The notes under the pieces are model-generated. The model saw nothing but the letters and a program-made list of their open reading frames with translations. It was not told where the DNA came from and made no database searches. From an uncultured virus (IMG/VR IMGVR_UViG_3300024306_000016) (taxonomy: Duplodnaviria; Heunggongvirae; Uroviricota; Caudoviricetes): DNA of 64,000 nucleotides. The stretch lies in IMG/VR virus record IMGVR_UViG_3300024306_000016; one strand, given 5' to 3'. Positions 37,906 through 47,066 of this stretch are shown here, in pieces. Every line of letters starts with the position of its first letter. Positions within the stretch are counted from its first letter, which is position 1. The translations under genes and the position numbers were made by a program.

Positions 37906-38226
37906 ATGCGGGCCAAACGTACAGACCGGAATCACATCGTATACGAGCTGCAGGTACCTGCGGGCAACTACATCGGCGTTACAGCTAAGACTGAGACTAC
38001 TATTAATAAGAGTGTACGTGCTCGCGCTGCCAAGCACTTCTATCGTGCCCATTCAGAGAACAAAGATTGGGCCCTGTGCTGCGCTCTGCGAGATGTCGCG
38101 AGCAAGGATGACATCACTATCATAGTACATGCTGTGATCCGAGGCAAAGCTGCGGCACATAAAGAAGAGGTACGCATCCGGCGCGAAATTAAGCCCACGC
38201 TCAACACAGATGTGCGCGGCGACTAA
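37906..38226 (+). CDS. GIY-YIG-like small protein
   Basis: HIVY...NYIGVT...R...H...E...LN; AGGAGCG leader. Confidence 0.55.
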   Translation: MRAKRTDRNHIVYELQVPAGNYIGVTAKTETTINKSVRARAAKHFYRAHSENKDWALCCALRDVASKDDITIIVHAVIRGKAAAHKEEVRIRREIKPTLNTDVRGD

Positions 38227-38288
38227 AAAACGGTTGACATTTTGGCTAGAGAGTGTATAATACACACATGTTTAACAAGGAGCGCGAT

Positions 38289-38591
38289 ATGCTAACACTT
38301 ACAGCACAGCACAACGAAGACGGCATGTTAACACGTGAATACGACTGCGACTTTACAGTTACTACAGCTGGTGACGGCTTGTGGGGCTGTGAAGCAGGCA
38401 GACAAGTGCGTGTGACTGCGATTAGTGTAACAGAAGAAGATGACTATAAGAGCATTTATGTTACACACAACAGCACGTGGGACATTTACACAGACACAGC
38501 GTTTGAAGATGCTATTAGCACAGCACTAGGCTACGAAGTGCGTTTTACAGAGCAAGGCATGCAAGAAGACGAGCTTGCTAGCATGGAATAA
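38289..38591 (+). CDS. hypothetical early protein
   Basis: Own promoter and AGGAGCG leader; IYTD..FE...FTEQGMQ. Confidence 0.7.
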   Translation: MLTLTAQHNEDGMLTREYDCDFTVTTAGDGLWGCEAGRQVRVTAISVTEEDDYKSIYVTHNSTWDIYTDTAFEDAISTALGYEVRFTEQGMQEDELASME

Positions 38592-38665
38592 GCTAACAGC
38601 AGCAGAGGGGTTGACAAGGTGCAGCTCCTCTGCTATAATACACACTTAACACACAGGAGCGAACT

Positions 38666-39103
38666 ATGGGTACACGTTGTCTTACTTTTGTCTACGATGG
38701 CGACATTACTGAGGGTGCCATCATCAATCTCTATCGCCAGTACGACGGCTACCCCAGCGGGCACGGTGCTGAGCTAGCACGTTTCCTCACACAGGGTACA
38801 CTAGTCAACGGCCTACGTGGTGAAGATCGTGTGGTGTTCAACGGTATGGGCTGTTTGGCTGCGCAACTGGTCGCACACTTCAAAGATGGCCCCGGGCAGT
38901 TCTATCTCTACCCCGTGACTGCTGCAGACTGCGGCCAGGACTATGAGTATCACGTCTACGAGCGCGATAACATCATACACGTACAGGTCCGCGATCGTGG
39001 CTGCAACATGTTTGGGCTCACCATGAGCGAGACCAATGCTGCGTTGTTCGATGGGCCCATTGGTCGCTTCTACGAGTACTGCGAGGATAGGCAAGCAGCA
39101 TAA
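38666..39103 (+). CDS. conserved phage hypothetical early protein
   Basis: MGTR...LYRQYDGYPSGHG..LA.FL. Confidence 0.75.
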   Translation: MGTRCLTFVYDGDITEGAIINLYRQYDGYPSGHGAELARFLTQGTLVNGLRGEDRVVFNGMGCLAAQLVAHFKDGPGQFYLYPVTAADCGQDYEYHVYERDNIIHVQVRDRGCNMFGLTMSETNAALFDGPIGRFYEYCEDRQAA

Positions 39104-39127
39104 CCCTTTGGACTCTAAGGGTTTTTT
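39102..39127 (+). terminator. intrinsic terminator
   Basis: AACCCTT-N8-AAGGGTT-TTTT. Confidence 0.55.
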
Positions 39128-39194
39128 CTGGGGTTGACAGGGTACCCAAAACCCTGTATAATACAGACTTGTTTAACACACACAGGAGCGCAAA

Positions 39195-39548
39195 ATGGAA
39201 GCAACGCAACGCGAGTATTTCGTACGTCGTCTCAACGAGATCGCACGTGAAAAGGTGCAGGCTAAAGCAGTAGAACTGTTTGGGCCCACAGGCCGTCCTC
39301 AGCAACCCACGTGGGGCATGGTCTTTGAAGGCATCCGTTCCGGAGAGATTACCCTTAAAGAAGACAAGGTGGACTACACGGGTCCTTACCTTAACCCCAG
39401 CGATGTAGTGTGGCCTGCTATGGAAGCCAAAAAGGCAGAGCTGGAAGACTACCGCAAGACTGTAGAGCGCGAGCGTCAGAGTGCCGAAGATCGTGCTATG
39501 CTAGACGCAGACGCACAGAAAGCCCTTGATGCTTTCCAGGGTATTTAA
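39195..39548 (+). CDS. hypothetical early protein
   Basis: Own promoter and AGGAGCG leader. Confidence 0.7.
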   Translation: MEATQREYFVRRLNEIAREKVQAKAVELFGPTGRPQQPTWGMVFEGIRSGEITLKEDKVDYTGPYLNPSDVVWPAMEAKKAELEDYRKTVERERQSAEDRAMLDADAQKALDAFQGI

Positions 39549-39616
39549 CAAATAGGTTGACAGGGCCTTCGGGCCCTGTTATAATACGATTTTAAACAAC
39601 ATAGGAGCGAAGACTT

Positions 39617-40687
39617 ATGCCAGCAATCATCGAGATGCGCGAAGGTACCTATAAGATCCGTGGCGCTGAAGTGTCCATGGCGGGTAACCGTTTCGAGCTC
39701 GTGGAACAATACAAAGAAGGCGCCAATGGCGGTTATGTTACTGTTGCGGGTGGCTCAGTATACCCAAAGAATGCTGGTATTCCAGATCGTTCAATCCGCA
39801 TCCGTTGTGCATCAGCACAAAGCTACGTGGTAGTCTCTGGGGCAGTGCCTGCTACGCCCGCAGGTGACAAGAGCCTAGAGCAGATCAAGGTTTCGGATGA
39901 AGTAGTCGCACACGAGACTGATGAGCAGATCGTAGAGCGACTGCGTGGCCGCTTCCAAGTACTCAAGGACATGACCAAAGCAGTCAAAGAGGGCACCGTG
40001 CGAGCTATGATCGTCACTGGCCCTCCAGGTGTGGGCAAGAGCTTTGGTGTCGAAGAAGTACTGTCGCGAGACGATCTCTTTGATACCCTGGGCAATCGCA
40101 AGCCCAAATACGAGATCGTCAAGGGTGCTATGAGTGCCGTGGGTCTGTACAGCAAGCTCTATCACTACAGCGAAAAAGGCAACGTTATCGTGTTCGATGA
40201 CTGCGACTCTGTGCTGTTAGATGATCTTAGCCTTAACATCTTGAAGGCTGCTCTGGATAGCTCTAAGAAGCGTACTATCTCGTGGAACACTGACAGCCGT
40301 ATCCTGCGCTCTGAGGGAGTGCCGGACAAGTTTGAGTTCAAGGCAGGTGCTATCTTTATCACTAACATCAAGTTTGAGAATGTGCGTTCTAAGAAACTGC
40401 AGGATCACTTGGCGGCTTTGGAGTCACGCTGTCACTACATCGATCTCCAAATGGATACAGATCGTGAAAAGGTGCTTCGTATCAAGCAGATCGTCACTGA
40501 CGGCATGTTGGATACCTATGAGTTCGAGGATGTACAACGCGATGAAGTCGTAGACTACATCATCGAGAATCGCGGCAAGATGCGTGAGCTGAGCCTGCGT
40601 ACGGTGCTCAAAGTCGCAGACCTGCGCAAGAGCTTTCCTACTAACTGGCAGAGCATGGCTGAAGTCACTGTCATGAAGCGAGGTTAA
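39617..40687 (+). CDS. AAA+ ATPase
   Basis: Walker A GPPGVGKS, Walker B VIVFDDCD, IFITN, ALESR. Confidence 0.85.
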   Translation: MPAIIEMREGTYKIRGAEVSMAGNRFELVEQYKEGANGGYVTVAGGSVYPKNAGIPDRSIRIRCASAQSYVVVSGAVPATPAGDKSLEQIKVSDEVVAHETDEQIVERLRGRFQVLKDMTKAVKEGTVRAMIVTGPPGVGKSFGVEEVLSRDDLFDTLGNRKPKYEIVKGAMSAVGLYSKLYHYSEKGNVIVFDDCDSVLLDDLSLNILKAALDSSKKRTISWNTDSRILRSEGVPDKFEFKAGAIFITNIKFENVRSKKLQDHLAALESRCHYIDLQMDTDREKVLRIKQIVTDGMLDTYEFEDVQRDEVVDYIIENRGKMRELSLRTVLKVADLRKSFPTNWQSMAEVTVMKRG

Positions 40688-40688
40688 C

Positions 40689-40928
40689 ATGGAATGGACA
40701 CCCAAAACATGTCAATGGATTGGGCCCGACAAGGACCCAGTCCGTGACACAGATCTGTTCACTTGCCTGAGTGCCGTGATGCCAGGCAAGAGCTACTGCG
40801 CAGAGCACTACTCAAGGGTCTACATGGGTGGTACAGCTCTGCGTCGCAAGCGCCAGAACAAGAAGGAGCTCGAAGCTGAGCTGGCTAAAATAATGTGTAA
40901 GGATGAAGATCATGAACACTCTGTTTAA
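40689..40928 (+). CDS. GcrA C-terminal-like Zn-binding protein
   Basis: TCQWIG...C....PGKSYCAEH...VY. Confidence 0.55.
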   Translation: MEWTPKTCQWIGPDKDPVRDTDLFTCLSAVMPGKSYCAEHYSRVYMGGTALRRKRQNKKELEAELAKIMCKDEDHEHSV

Positions 40929-41106
40929 ACTCGTAGGGCTTCTAGCTCTGATTATATTCTTTATCGCGATTGGTCCACTGGCCGTTATTTGGGCGTGGAA
41001 CACGCTGTTTGGTGCTACGCATGAGATCCCGTTCACCTTTTGGACGTGGTTGGCCGCTGCTATTTTGATGGCAGTGCCCCAGGTGCGTGTTAAAACGGCA
41101 AAATAA
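40912..41106 (+). CDS. membrane protein
   Basis: Two TM segments. Confidence 0.6.
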   Translation: MNTLFKLVGLLALIIFFIAIGPLAVIWAWNTLFGATHEIPFTFWTWLAAAILMAVPQVRVKTAK

Positions 41107-41193
41107 GCCATTGACCTTTGCGGTAAGGTTGTTGTAATATAAAGGTACGCTGTTGAACTACAGCTATATTAACTTTAAAGGAAAAGGCAAACT

Positions 41194-41466
41194 ATGAAGT
41201 TCATCAACAAAGATACGAAGACCTACAAGGTTTTCAATGCACTCTACAATGGTGCTGCTCTAACCCAAAGCCAAGCTGAGAAGCGTTTTGGCGTGGGTAA
41301 CCTGGCTGCAGAAGCAAGCCGTATTCGTCAGCATGGTTATGCTGTTTACGCTAACAGCCGTACAGCTGGTAATGGCGTGACTGTTACCGAATACGTCATG
41401 GGCAAGCCAAGCCGTGAGATCGTTGCTCTTGGCTACAAGGCTAAGGCTCTAGGCATTACGCTCTAA
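41194..41466 (+). CDS. winged-helix DNA-binding protein
   Basis: LTQSQAEKRFGVGNLAAEASRIRQHGY HTH pattern; biased codons; leader AAAGGAAAAGGCA. Confidence 0.65.
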   Translation: MKFINKDTKTYKVFNALYNGAALTQSQAEKRFGVGNLAAEASRIRQHGYAVYANSRTAGNGVTVTEYVMGKPSREIVALGYKAKALGITL

Positions 41467-41477
41467 GAGCTTATCGG

Positions 41478-41546
41478 TTCAAAATCCAAGCCGATTCGCT
41501 CCCGGGGCGGGTTTTGGGAAGGGTCCTTTAGGGGCCCTTTCTTTTT
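41478..41546 (+). ncRNA. candidate 3'-UTR antisense RNA (anti-GGAGCGAAUC loop) with terminator, copy 1
   Basis: TCAAAATCC/GGGTTTTGG stem carrying CCG-ATTCGCTCC-CGG (41491-41505), then AAGGGTCC/GGGCCCTT hairpin and U tract. Confidence 0.55.
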
Positions 41547-41677
41547 GGCCCTGTGTTGCATAAAAGCCACACCTCGCCGGCACTCCCGCCTGTTGCAAAA
41601 ATACAACAGTTTTTTTGGTTGACAGCCCTGAGTAAATACCGTATAATAGAGGCATAGTTAGGACATAGGAGCGAGCT

Positions 41678-42313
41678 ATGCAGTTTACAGCAGATCAAGT
41701 TTGGGGTGCCGCAGCCGCTGCCCAACGCATCAACGGTGAGTACCTCAAAGAGGACAAAGGCCGTTACACTGACGAAGGCTACGTAGTTGATAAACGAGCC
41801 AACAAAGCTATGGTCAAGCAATGGCTCCGCGAGGGCGATTTCAGCCAGATCACTGAGGCCGATTATGCTGCTGGCCGCAGCGCCCGGGATCACTTCAAAT
41901 CCTACACACTGTTGGCGCTCACAGGTAAGATGAACGATTTCCAAACCACGGCTATGAAGATCGCTGCTATGGAAGAGTTCACAGGTAAAAACATGTACGA
42001 GTTCGCTGTTATCAGCTGCCTACCCAGCGTGGCTGTGCGCGATCAGGCCCGTACGGAACTCAAGCGAGAGATCTATGCCTCTGAGCAGCTCAAGGCTGCT
42101 GTAGGTGATACCATCGTCGGGGAGATCACTGTGGTCAGCGCAAGGTATAACCCTAACTTCGACAAGTATCGCGTCAACGCCCGTATGGGTGAGAGCTTCG
42201 TGGACTTCTGGTTCGGCAAAGCCCTTGAGGGCAGTGTGCGGGTCAAGGCCAAGGTCAAGGCACTCCGTGGCGATAATACAACACAACTGAACTACGTCAA
42301 AATAGTTGGTTGA
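41678..42313 (+). CDS. hypothetical protein, possible C-terminal OB fold
   Basis: AAQRING.Y.K; C-terminal VKAKVK...TQLNYVK. Confidence 0.7.
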   Translation: MQFTADQVWGAAAAAQRINGEYLKEDKGRYTDEGYVVDKRANKAMVKQWLREGDFSQITEADYAAGRSARDHFKSYTLLALTGKMNDFQTTAMKIAAMEEFTGKNMYEFAVISCLPSVAVRDQARTELKREIYASEQLKAAVGDTIVGEITVVSARYNPNFDKYRVNARMGESFVDFWFGKALEGSVRVKAKVKALRGDNTTQLNYVKIVG

Positions 42314-42385
42314 CAAAGAGCTCACTTGGTGCTACAATAATGATACTGAGAGAGCGTTTTTAACCCTGAGAAAGAAAGGTCTAGT

Positions 42386-43468
42386 ATGTCAAAGCAAGAT
42401 ATCTCTATTCGCCAAGTTGGCCCTAAGGGTGCCAAGAAGGCAATCCGCAAGTCGCTGACTGTGCGTCGCCCTGTGTTCCTGTGGGGCCCTCCAGGCATTG
42501 GTAAGTCCGATGTCGTTAAGCAGATCGCTGATGAGCTCAACCGTGAGGTCATCGACGTCCGCCTAGCTCTTTGGGAGCCCACTGACATCAAGGGTATCCC
42601 CTATTACAATGCAGATGTAGGCAAGATGGTGTGGGCACCGCCCGCAGAACTGCCTGTGGATCCTGAGTCCACTGCTGTGATCTTCTTGGACGAGCTTAAC
42701 TCCGCTCCTCCTGCTGTTCAGGCCGCGGCCTATCAGTTGATCCTTAATCGCCGTGTTGGCACCTATGTCCTGCCCAAAGGCGTTGACGTAGTCGCCGCTG
42801 GTAACCGTGAAGGTGACCGTGGTGTTACCTACCGTATGCCTGCTCCGTTGGCTAACCGCTTCGTCCACTTGGAGATGAAGGTAGACTTCGATGACTTCCA
42901 AGACTGGGCTACGCTCAACAAAGTCCACCCTGATGTGGTAGGTTATGTGGGCTTTGCCAAGCAGGACCTCTACGACTTCGATCCTAAGAGCCCTAGCAAG
43001 AGCTTCGCAACTCCGCGTTCTTGGGTGTTCGTGAGCGATCTGCTCAAGGACGATGACACTGATCAAGATACCCTGCACACTCTGGTCGCAGGTGCTATTG
43101 GTGACGGCCTTAGCATGAAGTTTATGGCTCACCGTAAGATCGCAGGCAAGATGCCTAAGGCTGGTGACATCCTCGACGGCAAGGTCAAGGACCTCCAGAT
43201 CAAGGAAGTGTCAGCGATGTATTCTTTGACCGTTAGCCTCTGCTACGAGCTCAAGGATCGTGCAGACAAGAAGGTCAAGAACTGGGACGAGGGTGCCGAT
43301 AACTTCTTCCGCTACATGATGGATAACTTCCCTACTGAGCTGGTAGTTATGGGTGCTAAGACCGCGCTCACCAACTATGACTTGCCTTTGGATGCTTCGA
43401 AGATGAAGAGCTTCGATGAGTTCCATAAGCGTTTTGGCAAGTATGTTTTGAGCGCCATGGAGAACTAG
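42386..43468 (+). CDS. MoxR-like AAA+ ATPase
   Basis: WGPPGIGKS, IFLDELN, AAGN, PLANRF, TPRSW. Confidence 0.9.
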   Translation: MSKQDISIRQVGPKGAKKAIRKSLTVRRPVFLWGPPGIGKSDVVKQIADELNREVIDVRLALWEPTDIKGIPYYNADVGKMVWAPPAELPVDPESTAVIFLDELNSAPPAVQAAAYQLILNRRVGTYVLPKGVDVVAAGNREGDRGVTYRMPAPLANRFVHLEMKVDFDDFQDWATLNKVHPDVVGYVGFAKQDLYDFDPKSPSKSFATPRSWVFVSDLLKDDDTDQDTLHTLVAGAIGDGLSMKFMAHRKIAGKMPKAGDILDGKVKDLQIKEVSAMYSLTVSLCYELKDRADKKVKNWDEGADNFFRYMMDNFPTELVVMGAKTALTNYDLPLDASKMKSFDEFHKRFGKYVLSAMEN

Positions 43469-43485
43469 ACCTCTCCAGCGCCAAA

Positions 43486-43522
43486 GGGCGGGGACTTCTC
43501 AGGGTCGCCCGCCCACCTTTTT
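43486..43522 (+). terminator. probable intrinsic terminator
   Basis: GGGCGGG...CCCGCCC followed by a T run. Confidence 0.55.
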
Positions 43523-43580
43523 CGGTTGACAAATAAATAAACAGAGCATATAATAGAAGCATACTAAGAAGGAGCGTGTT

Positions 43581-44783
43581 ATGGACCCGATCGTAGAGAA
43601 ACTGACAACTGCCCGAGTAGGACTGCTACTCAAGGAGCCGTTCTTCGGCAACATGGCTACTCGTATGCGTCTGCTCGATGCCAGCGACTGGTGCCCGACT
43701 GCGGCAACTAACGGTCGTGACTTCATGTATAACAAGAAGTTCATCGAGAAACTTTCTATCAAGAAACTAGAGTTCCTGTTTGCACATGAGATCTGCCACT
43801 GCATCTTTGACCACTTTGGTCGTGTTGGTAGCCGCGATCGTCAACTGTCTAACATCGCACAGGACTTCGCTGTTAATCAGATCCTTATCGACGAGCGTAT
43901 CGGCGAGAAGATCACTGAGGTTAAGATCTGCTACGATCCAAAGTATCGTGGTATGGCCTGGGAAGAGATCTACGATGATCTGTATGCCAAGGCAGAGAAG
44001 ATTCCTATGGACCAGCTCTTGAAGCAACTTGGTGACCTTCTCGACGAGCACATCAAGGAAGGCGATGGCGGCGGCAAGGACGGCAAGGAAGATCAAAAGG
44101 ATGGTCGCCCTAGCATCTCCAAAGAGGATGCACAACGCATCAAAGACGAGATCAAAGAGGCCATGATCCAGAGTGCCGCGGCCGCTGGTGCAGGTAAGAC
44201 TCCTGCAGGTATCATGCGTATGATCAAGGACATGACTGAGCCTAAGATCAGCTGGCGTGAGTTGGTGCGTCAAGAGATCCAAAGCATCATCCGCAACGAC
44301 TACTCCTTCACCCGCCCTAACCGCAAGAGTATGCACTCAGGTGCGGTGCTTCCAGGCATGAAGGAAGCCACTACTATCGACATCGCTATCTCTATGGATA
44401 TGTCAGGCAGTATTGGGCACGAGGATGCAACTGTATTCTTGAGCGAGATCAAGGGTATCATGGATCAGTATGAGGACTTCAGCATCAACCTGTGGTGCTT
44501 TGACACAGAGATCTATAACCACAAGACTATCACTCACGACAACGTCGAAGACTTGGTAGACTACGAGCCTCAGGGCGGTGGTGGAACTATGTTCGAAGCC
44601 AACTGGGAGTTCATGCGTGAGCAGAACATCCAGCCCAAGAAGTTTATCATGTTTACGGACGGTTACCCCTGCGGTAGTTGGGGTGAGGAAGACTACTGCG
44701 ATACTATCTTTATCGTTAAAGGAAACACACAGGCTGAGTCACCCTTTGGCCAGACTGTGATCTACGAGAAAGAGGTAGCCTGA
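43581..44783 (+). CDS. DUF2201-type metallopeptidase plus VWA-like protein
   Basis: TAATNG, HEICH (HExxH), DMSGS (MIDAS), GGGGT, FTDGY. Confidence 0.85.
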   Translation: MDPIVEKLTTARVGLLLKEPFFGNMATRMRLLDASDWCPTAATNGRDFMYNKKFIEKLSIKKLEFLFAHEICHCIFDHFGRVGSRDRQLSNIAQDFAVNQILIDERIGEKITEVKICYDPKYRGMAWEEIYDDLYAKAEKIPMDQLLKQLGDLLDEHIKEGDGGGKDGKEDQKDGRPSISKEDAQRIKDEIKEAMIQSAAAAGAGKTPAGIMRMIKDMTEPKISWRELVRQEIQSIIRNDYSFTRPNRKSMHSGAVLPGMKEATTIDIAISMDMSGSIGHEDATVFLSEIKGIMDQYEDFSINLWCFDTEIYNHKTITHDNVEDLVDYEPQGGGGTMFEANWEFMREQNIQPKKFIMFTDGYPCGSWGEEDYCDTIFIVKGNTQAESPFGQTVIYEKEVA

Positions 44784-44922
44784 TTTGGGAGTGCCAGGGG
44801 CTGTGGCTAAAATGCCACAGTACCCTAGGCCCCGCTGCTACACGTATGCGTGTAAGTGGTCTTGACAGATTGATAGATTGATCGTATAATATAGATACTG
44901 ACACACAGAAAGGAGCACCAAG

Positions 44923-45051
44923 ATGTTGAAATATGTCGTGGTTTTTGTAGCTGGTATAGTGTTCGGGCAAGTCGGATTCTCTGGCGTAGCTCGTATGCTA
45001 GATCATGGTGTTGATAAGGTTAAGACAACTTCCCAGGAGATGGCACGATGA
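44923..45051 (+). CDS. small protein (42 aa, not in track)
   Basis: MLKYVVVFVAGIVFGQVGFSGVARMLDHGVDKVKTTSQEMAR; promoter and AAGGAG upstream. Confidence 0.6.
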   Translation: MLKYVVVFVAGIVFGQVGFSGVARMLDHGVDKVKTTSQEMAR

Positions 45052-45251
45052 GCAGACTAGATCAGATCGCTTACGAGATCGAGCAACTGTTTATCGAAGG
45101 CCTTAGCCCTAGGATGATCAGTGAGACCCTTGGAGTGCCTGTGAGCATGGTCCATGACTGGCTCGCTAGCAACAGCCTCGATGATGAGGACGGCTGTGGT
45201 CCTGACCTAATAGAGGATGAGTTGAGTCCTTACTCAACTGTAAACAGTTAA
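45048..45251 (+). CDS. small HTH-like acidic protein
   Basis: GLSPRMISETLGVPVSMV. Confidence 0.55.
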   Translation: MSRLDQIAYEIEQLFIEGLSPRMISETLGVPVSMVHDWLASNSLDDEDGCGPDLIEDELSPYSTVNS

Positions 45252-45574
45252 TGAGTAAACTAGAGTTCTACGCAAGGCCCTTAGTGGCCTTCGACGCTTA
45301 CAATAAAGATCATAGGCGCTACTACGCAGAGTTCCTAGAATATGGCGGATGGGGCCGTTGCCCTGTCCGTTTCGTTTGTCCGGAAGATTATGGTATGGAC
45401 CTGCCTACTATGATCAAGCATAGGTTAATCCAGTACTACGTGGATCGTGAGTTTGGGGGCAGCAAACTATCACAGGAACGATCTAAGGCCCTAGCTGAGG
45501 ATGCTGACCGTATGTACAAGGAAGCGGGCAGGCTGCGCAAGGAGAGCCAGGCTCTTCTTAAACCCCGAAGGTAA
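45251..45574 (+). CDS. hypothetical protein
   Basis: RPLVAFD..NKDHR...WGRCPVRF. Confidence 0.7.
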   Translation: MSKLEFYARPLVAFDAYNKDHRRYYAEFLEYGGWGRCPVRFVCPEDYGMDLPTMIKHRLIQYYVDREFGGSKLSQERSKALAEDADRMYKEAGRLRKESQALLKPRR

Positions 45575-45694
45575 TTCTGCAGCGAATTGACCGGGGCTAG
45601 CTATGCGTGTACAGCATACCAGCCCTGCAAAAAGATTGGTTGACAGCTCGGGCTATAGCTGCTACATTACACGGGTAAACAAAGGAGCAAGCCC

Positions 45695-45937
45695 ATGTAT
45701 ATCCATCTCAAGTATACCGACAACAGCACGATCTACAGCATCGATGGTGAGCAGATCGAGTTCGTAGGGGGCCGTAGATCAGGGGACGTGGTCGTAAACG
45801 GCGATCATGTGTATCGTTACCAGCTGCGCGGTGAATACGTGCAGATCATCGATGAATACGACGATCTCGTAGAAGAGTTTGAGGACAGCGACGATTACTG
45901 GGAACGCTACGCTATGGAACTGGCGGGTGTGGCATAA
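45695..45937 (+). CDS. hypothetical early protein
   Basis: Own promoter and AAGGAG. Confidence 0.65.
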   Translation: MYIHLKYTDNSTIYSIDGEQIEFVGGRRSGDVVVNGDHVYRYQLRGEYVQIIDEYDDLVEEFEDSDDYWERYAMELAGVA

Positions 45938-46024
45938 AAGCCACACCTTTTTCTTTTCTGCAGATTTTGGTTGACAGTTTGGATTTTTGGTGCTATACTG
46001 TAGGCATACTAAGGAGAGCGAGTT

Positions 46025-46243
46025 ATGGGATACTTTGCAAATCTGGAACTGGAAGTGATGAGCATGGCCCACGATATGGGTGATGATTTTGGCCAGGACG
46101 AAGGCACGATCCTAACCATCAGCGAAACGCTAGGTGTATCCCCAGAAGAAGTCCAACGAATCCTAAGCAGCGATTCTGATGCGGATTACGACGGTCAACC
46201 CGACGAGATGCAGGAGTGGCACGATTTTGACCCTGACTGCTAA
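46025..46243 (+). CDS. small acidic HTH-like protein
   Basis: ISETLGVS (similar to ORF 45048); DGQPDEMQEWHDFDPDC tail. Confidence 0.65.
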   Translation: MGYFANLELEVMSMAHDMGDDFGQDEGTILTISETLGVSPEEVQRILSSDSDADYDGQPDEMQEWHDFDPDC

Positions 46244-46312
46244 AGGATTTTGGTTGACAGTTTGGACGTTTGGTGCTATACTAGCATCATAGTTAGATAA
46301 AAGGAGCGAAGA

Positions 46313-46570
46313 ATGTATCCAGAGATTTCAGAACAAGAGCGTGTGGTCCGTGCCCTCAAGGGCTGGCAGTTCCTGCGCTCAGAACACGGTTGCCTCTACG
46401 ATCGTGGCTCAGCAGACTCTTACTACGGCCGGGCTCGTCGGCCGCACTACGGTGGAGTTGGCGGCGAGTCAGGTCCCCGCGTTGAGGTTACGGATCCTGA
46501 GAGCGTGGCCGAATACATGGCTGGCTACGACTACAACGAACGCTACGGCGACAAAAAAGATTGGCGCTGA
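46313..46570 (+). CDS. conserved phage hypothetical protein
   Basis: HG..YDRGSADSYYGR...Y.AGY..NE..GDKKDW. Confidence 0.7.
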   Translation: MYPEISEQERVVRALKGWQFLRSEHGCLYDRGSADSYYGRARRPHYGGVGGESGPRVEVTDPESVAEYMAGYDYNERYGDKKDWR

Positions 46571-46633
46571 TCGGTTGACAGATTGGTATTTTGGTCGTAT
46601 AATACACATACTAAACAACTTAGGAGCGAATCA

Positions 46634-46831
46634 ATGACACAGTCATCAATGGAAAAATCCGGAATGTTCTGCTTTATCGTAGGACTGCTCGTAACGATCT
46701 TCGGTGTGGGCGGCATTGAGCAGAGCTTGGACAACTCCGGTCTTTTGCTGGGTGCCTTGGTTTCTACCGTGGGATTGATGATCATGGGCTGTGGCGCGAT
46801 GATGATCCAGAATGCAGAGGCCTACAAGTGA
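46634..46831 (+). CDS. membrane protein
   Basis: Two TM segments; AGGAGCGAATC leader. Confidence 0.6.
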   Translation: MTQSSMEKSGMFCFIVGLLVTIFGVGGIEQSLDNSGLLLGALVSTVGLMIMGCGAMMIQNAEAYK

Positions 46832-47034
46832 TCAAGCCCGAGGAACTGGACTATCTACGCCGCGCTCTGGATGCCCTGAGTGCCCCGGAAACGACCGCGA
46901 TGGCCCAGGCTAAGATCCTAAGGACCGTGAGCCAGATCGCCGATCGAGCCTCACGTGAGATCGAGCAGAGGTTCGTGGATCGGGTAGACCAGAACTTGGC
47001 CAATCAACATTTGGTTGACATTTTGAAACGCTGA
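46828..47034 (+). CDS. hypothetical protein
   Basis: GTGA-coupled ORF. Confidence 0.55.
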   Translation: MIKPEELDYLRRALDALSAPETTAMAQAKILRTVSQIADRASREIEQRFVDRVDQNLANQHLVDILKR

Positions 47035-47066
47035 GTGTATAATACACATACACTTAGGAGAGCGAT

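Larger units (their letters stand above)
36452..44840 (+). repeat. dispersed AGGCCCCGCTGC repeat (4 copies)
   Basis: 36452, 36783, 37023, 44827; the middle two share 22 bp TAGGCCCCGCTGCTAAGGATAC. Confidence 0.85.
37730..45629 (+). repeat. two stem-enclosed elements sharing GCGAATTGACCGGGG
   Basis: 15-mer at ~37735 and ~45582, within GTGCTGCG/CGCAGCAC and TGCAG/CTGCA stems. Confidence 0.7.

Noticed and set aside
39823..44336. Long antisense ORFs such as 42563-43132 and 43767-44336
   Set aside because: Mirror frames of codon-biased plus-strand genes, with no SD or motifs; the same applies to most opposite-strand ORFs in the track
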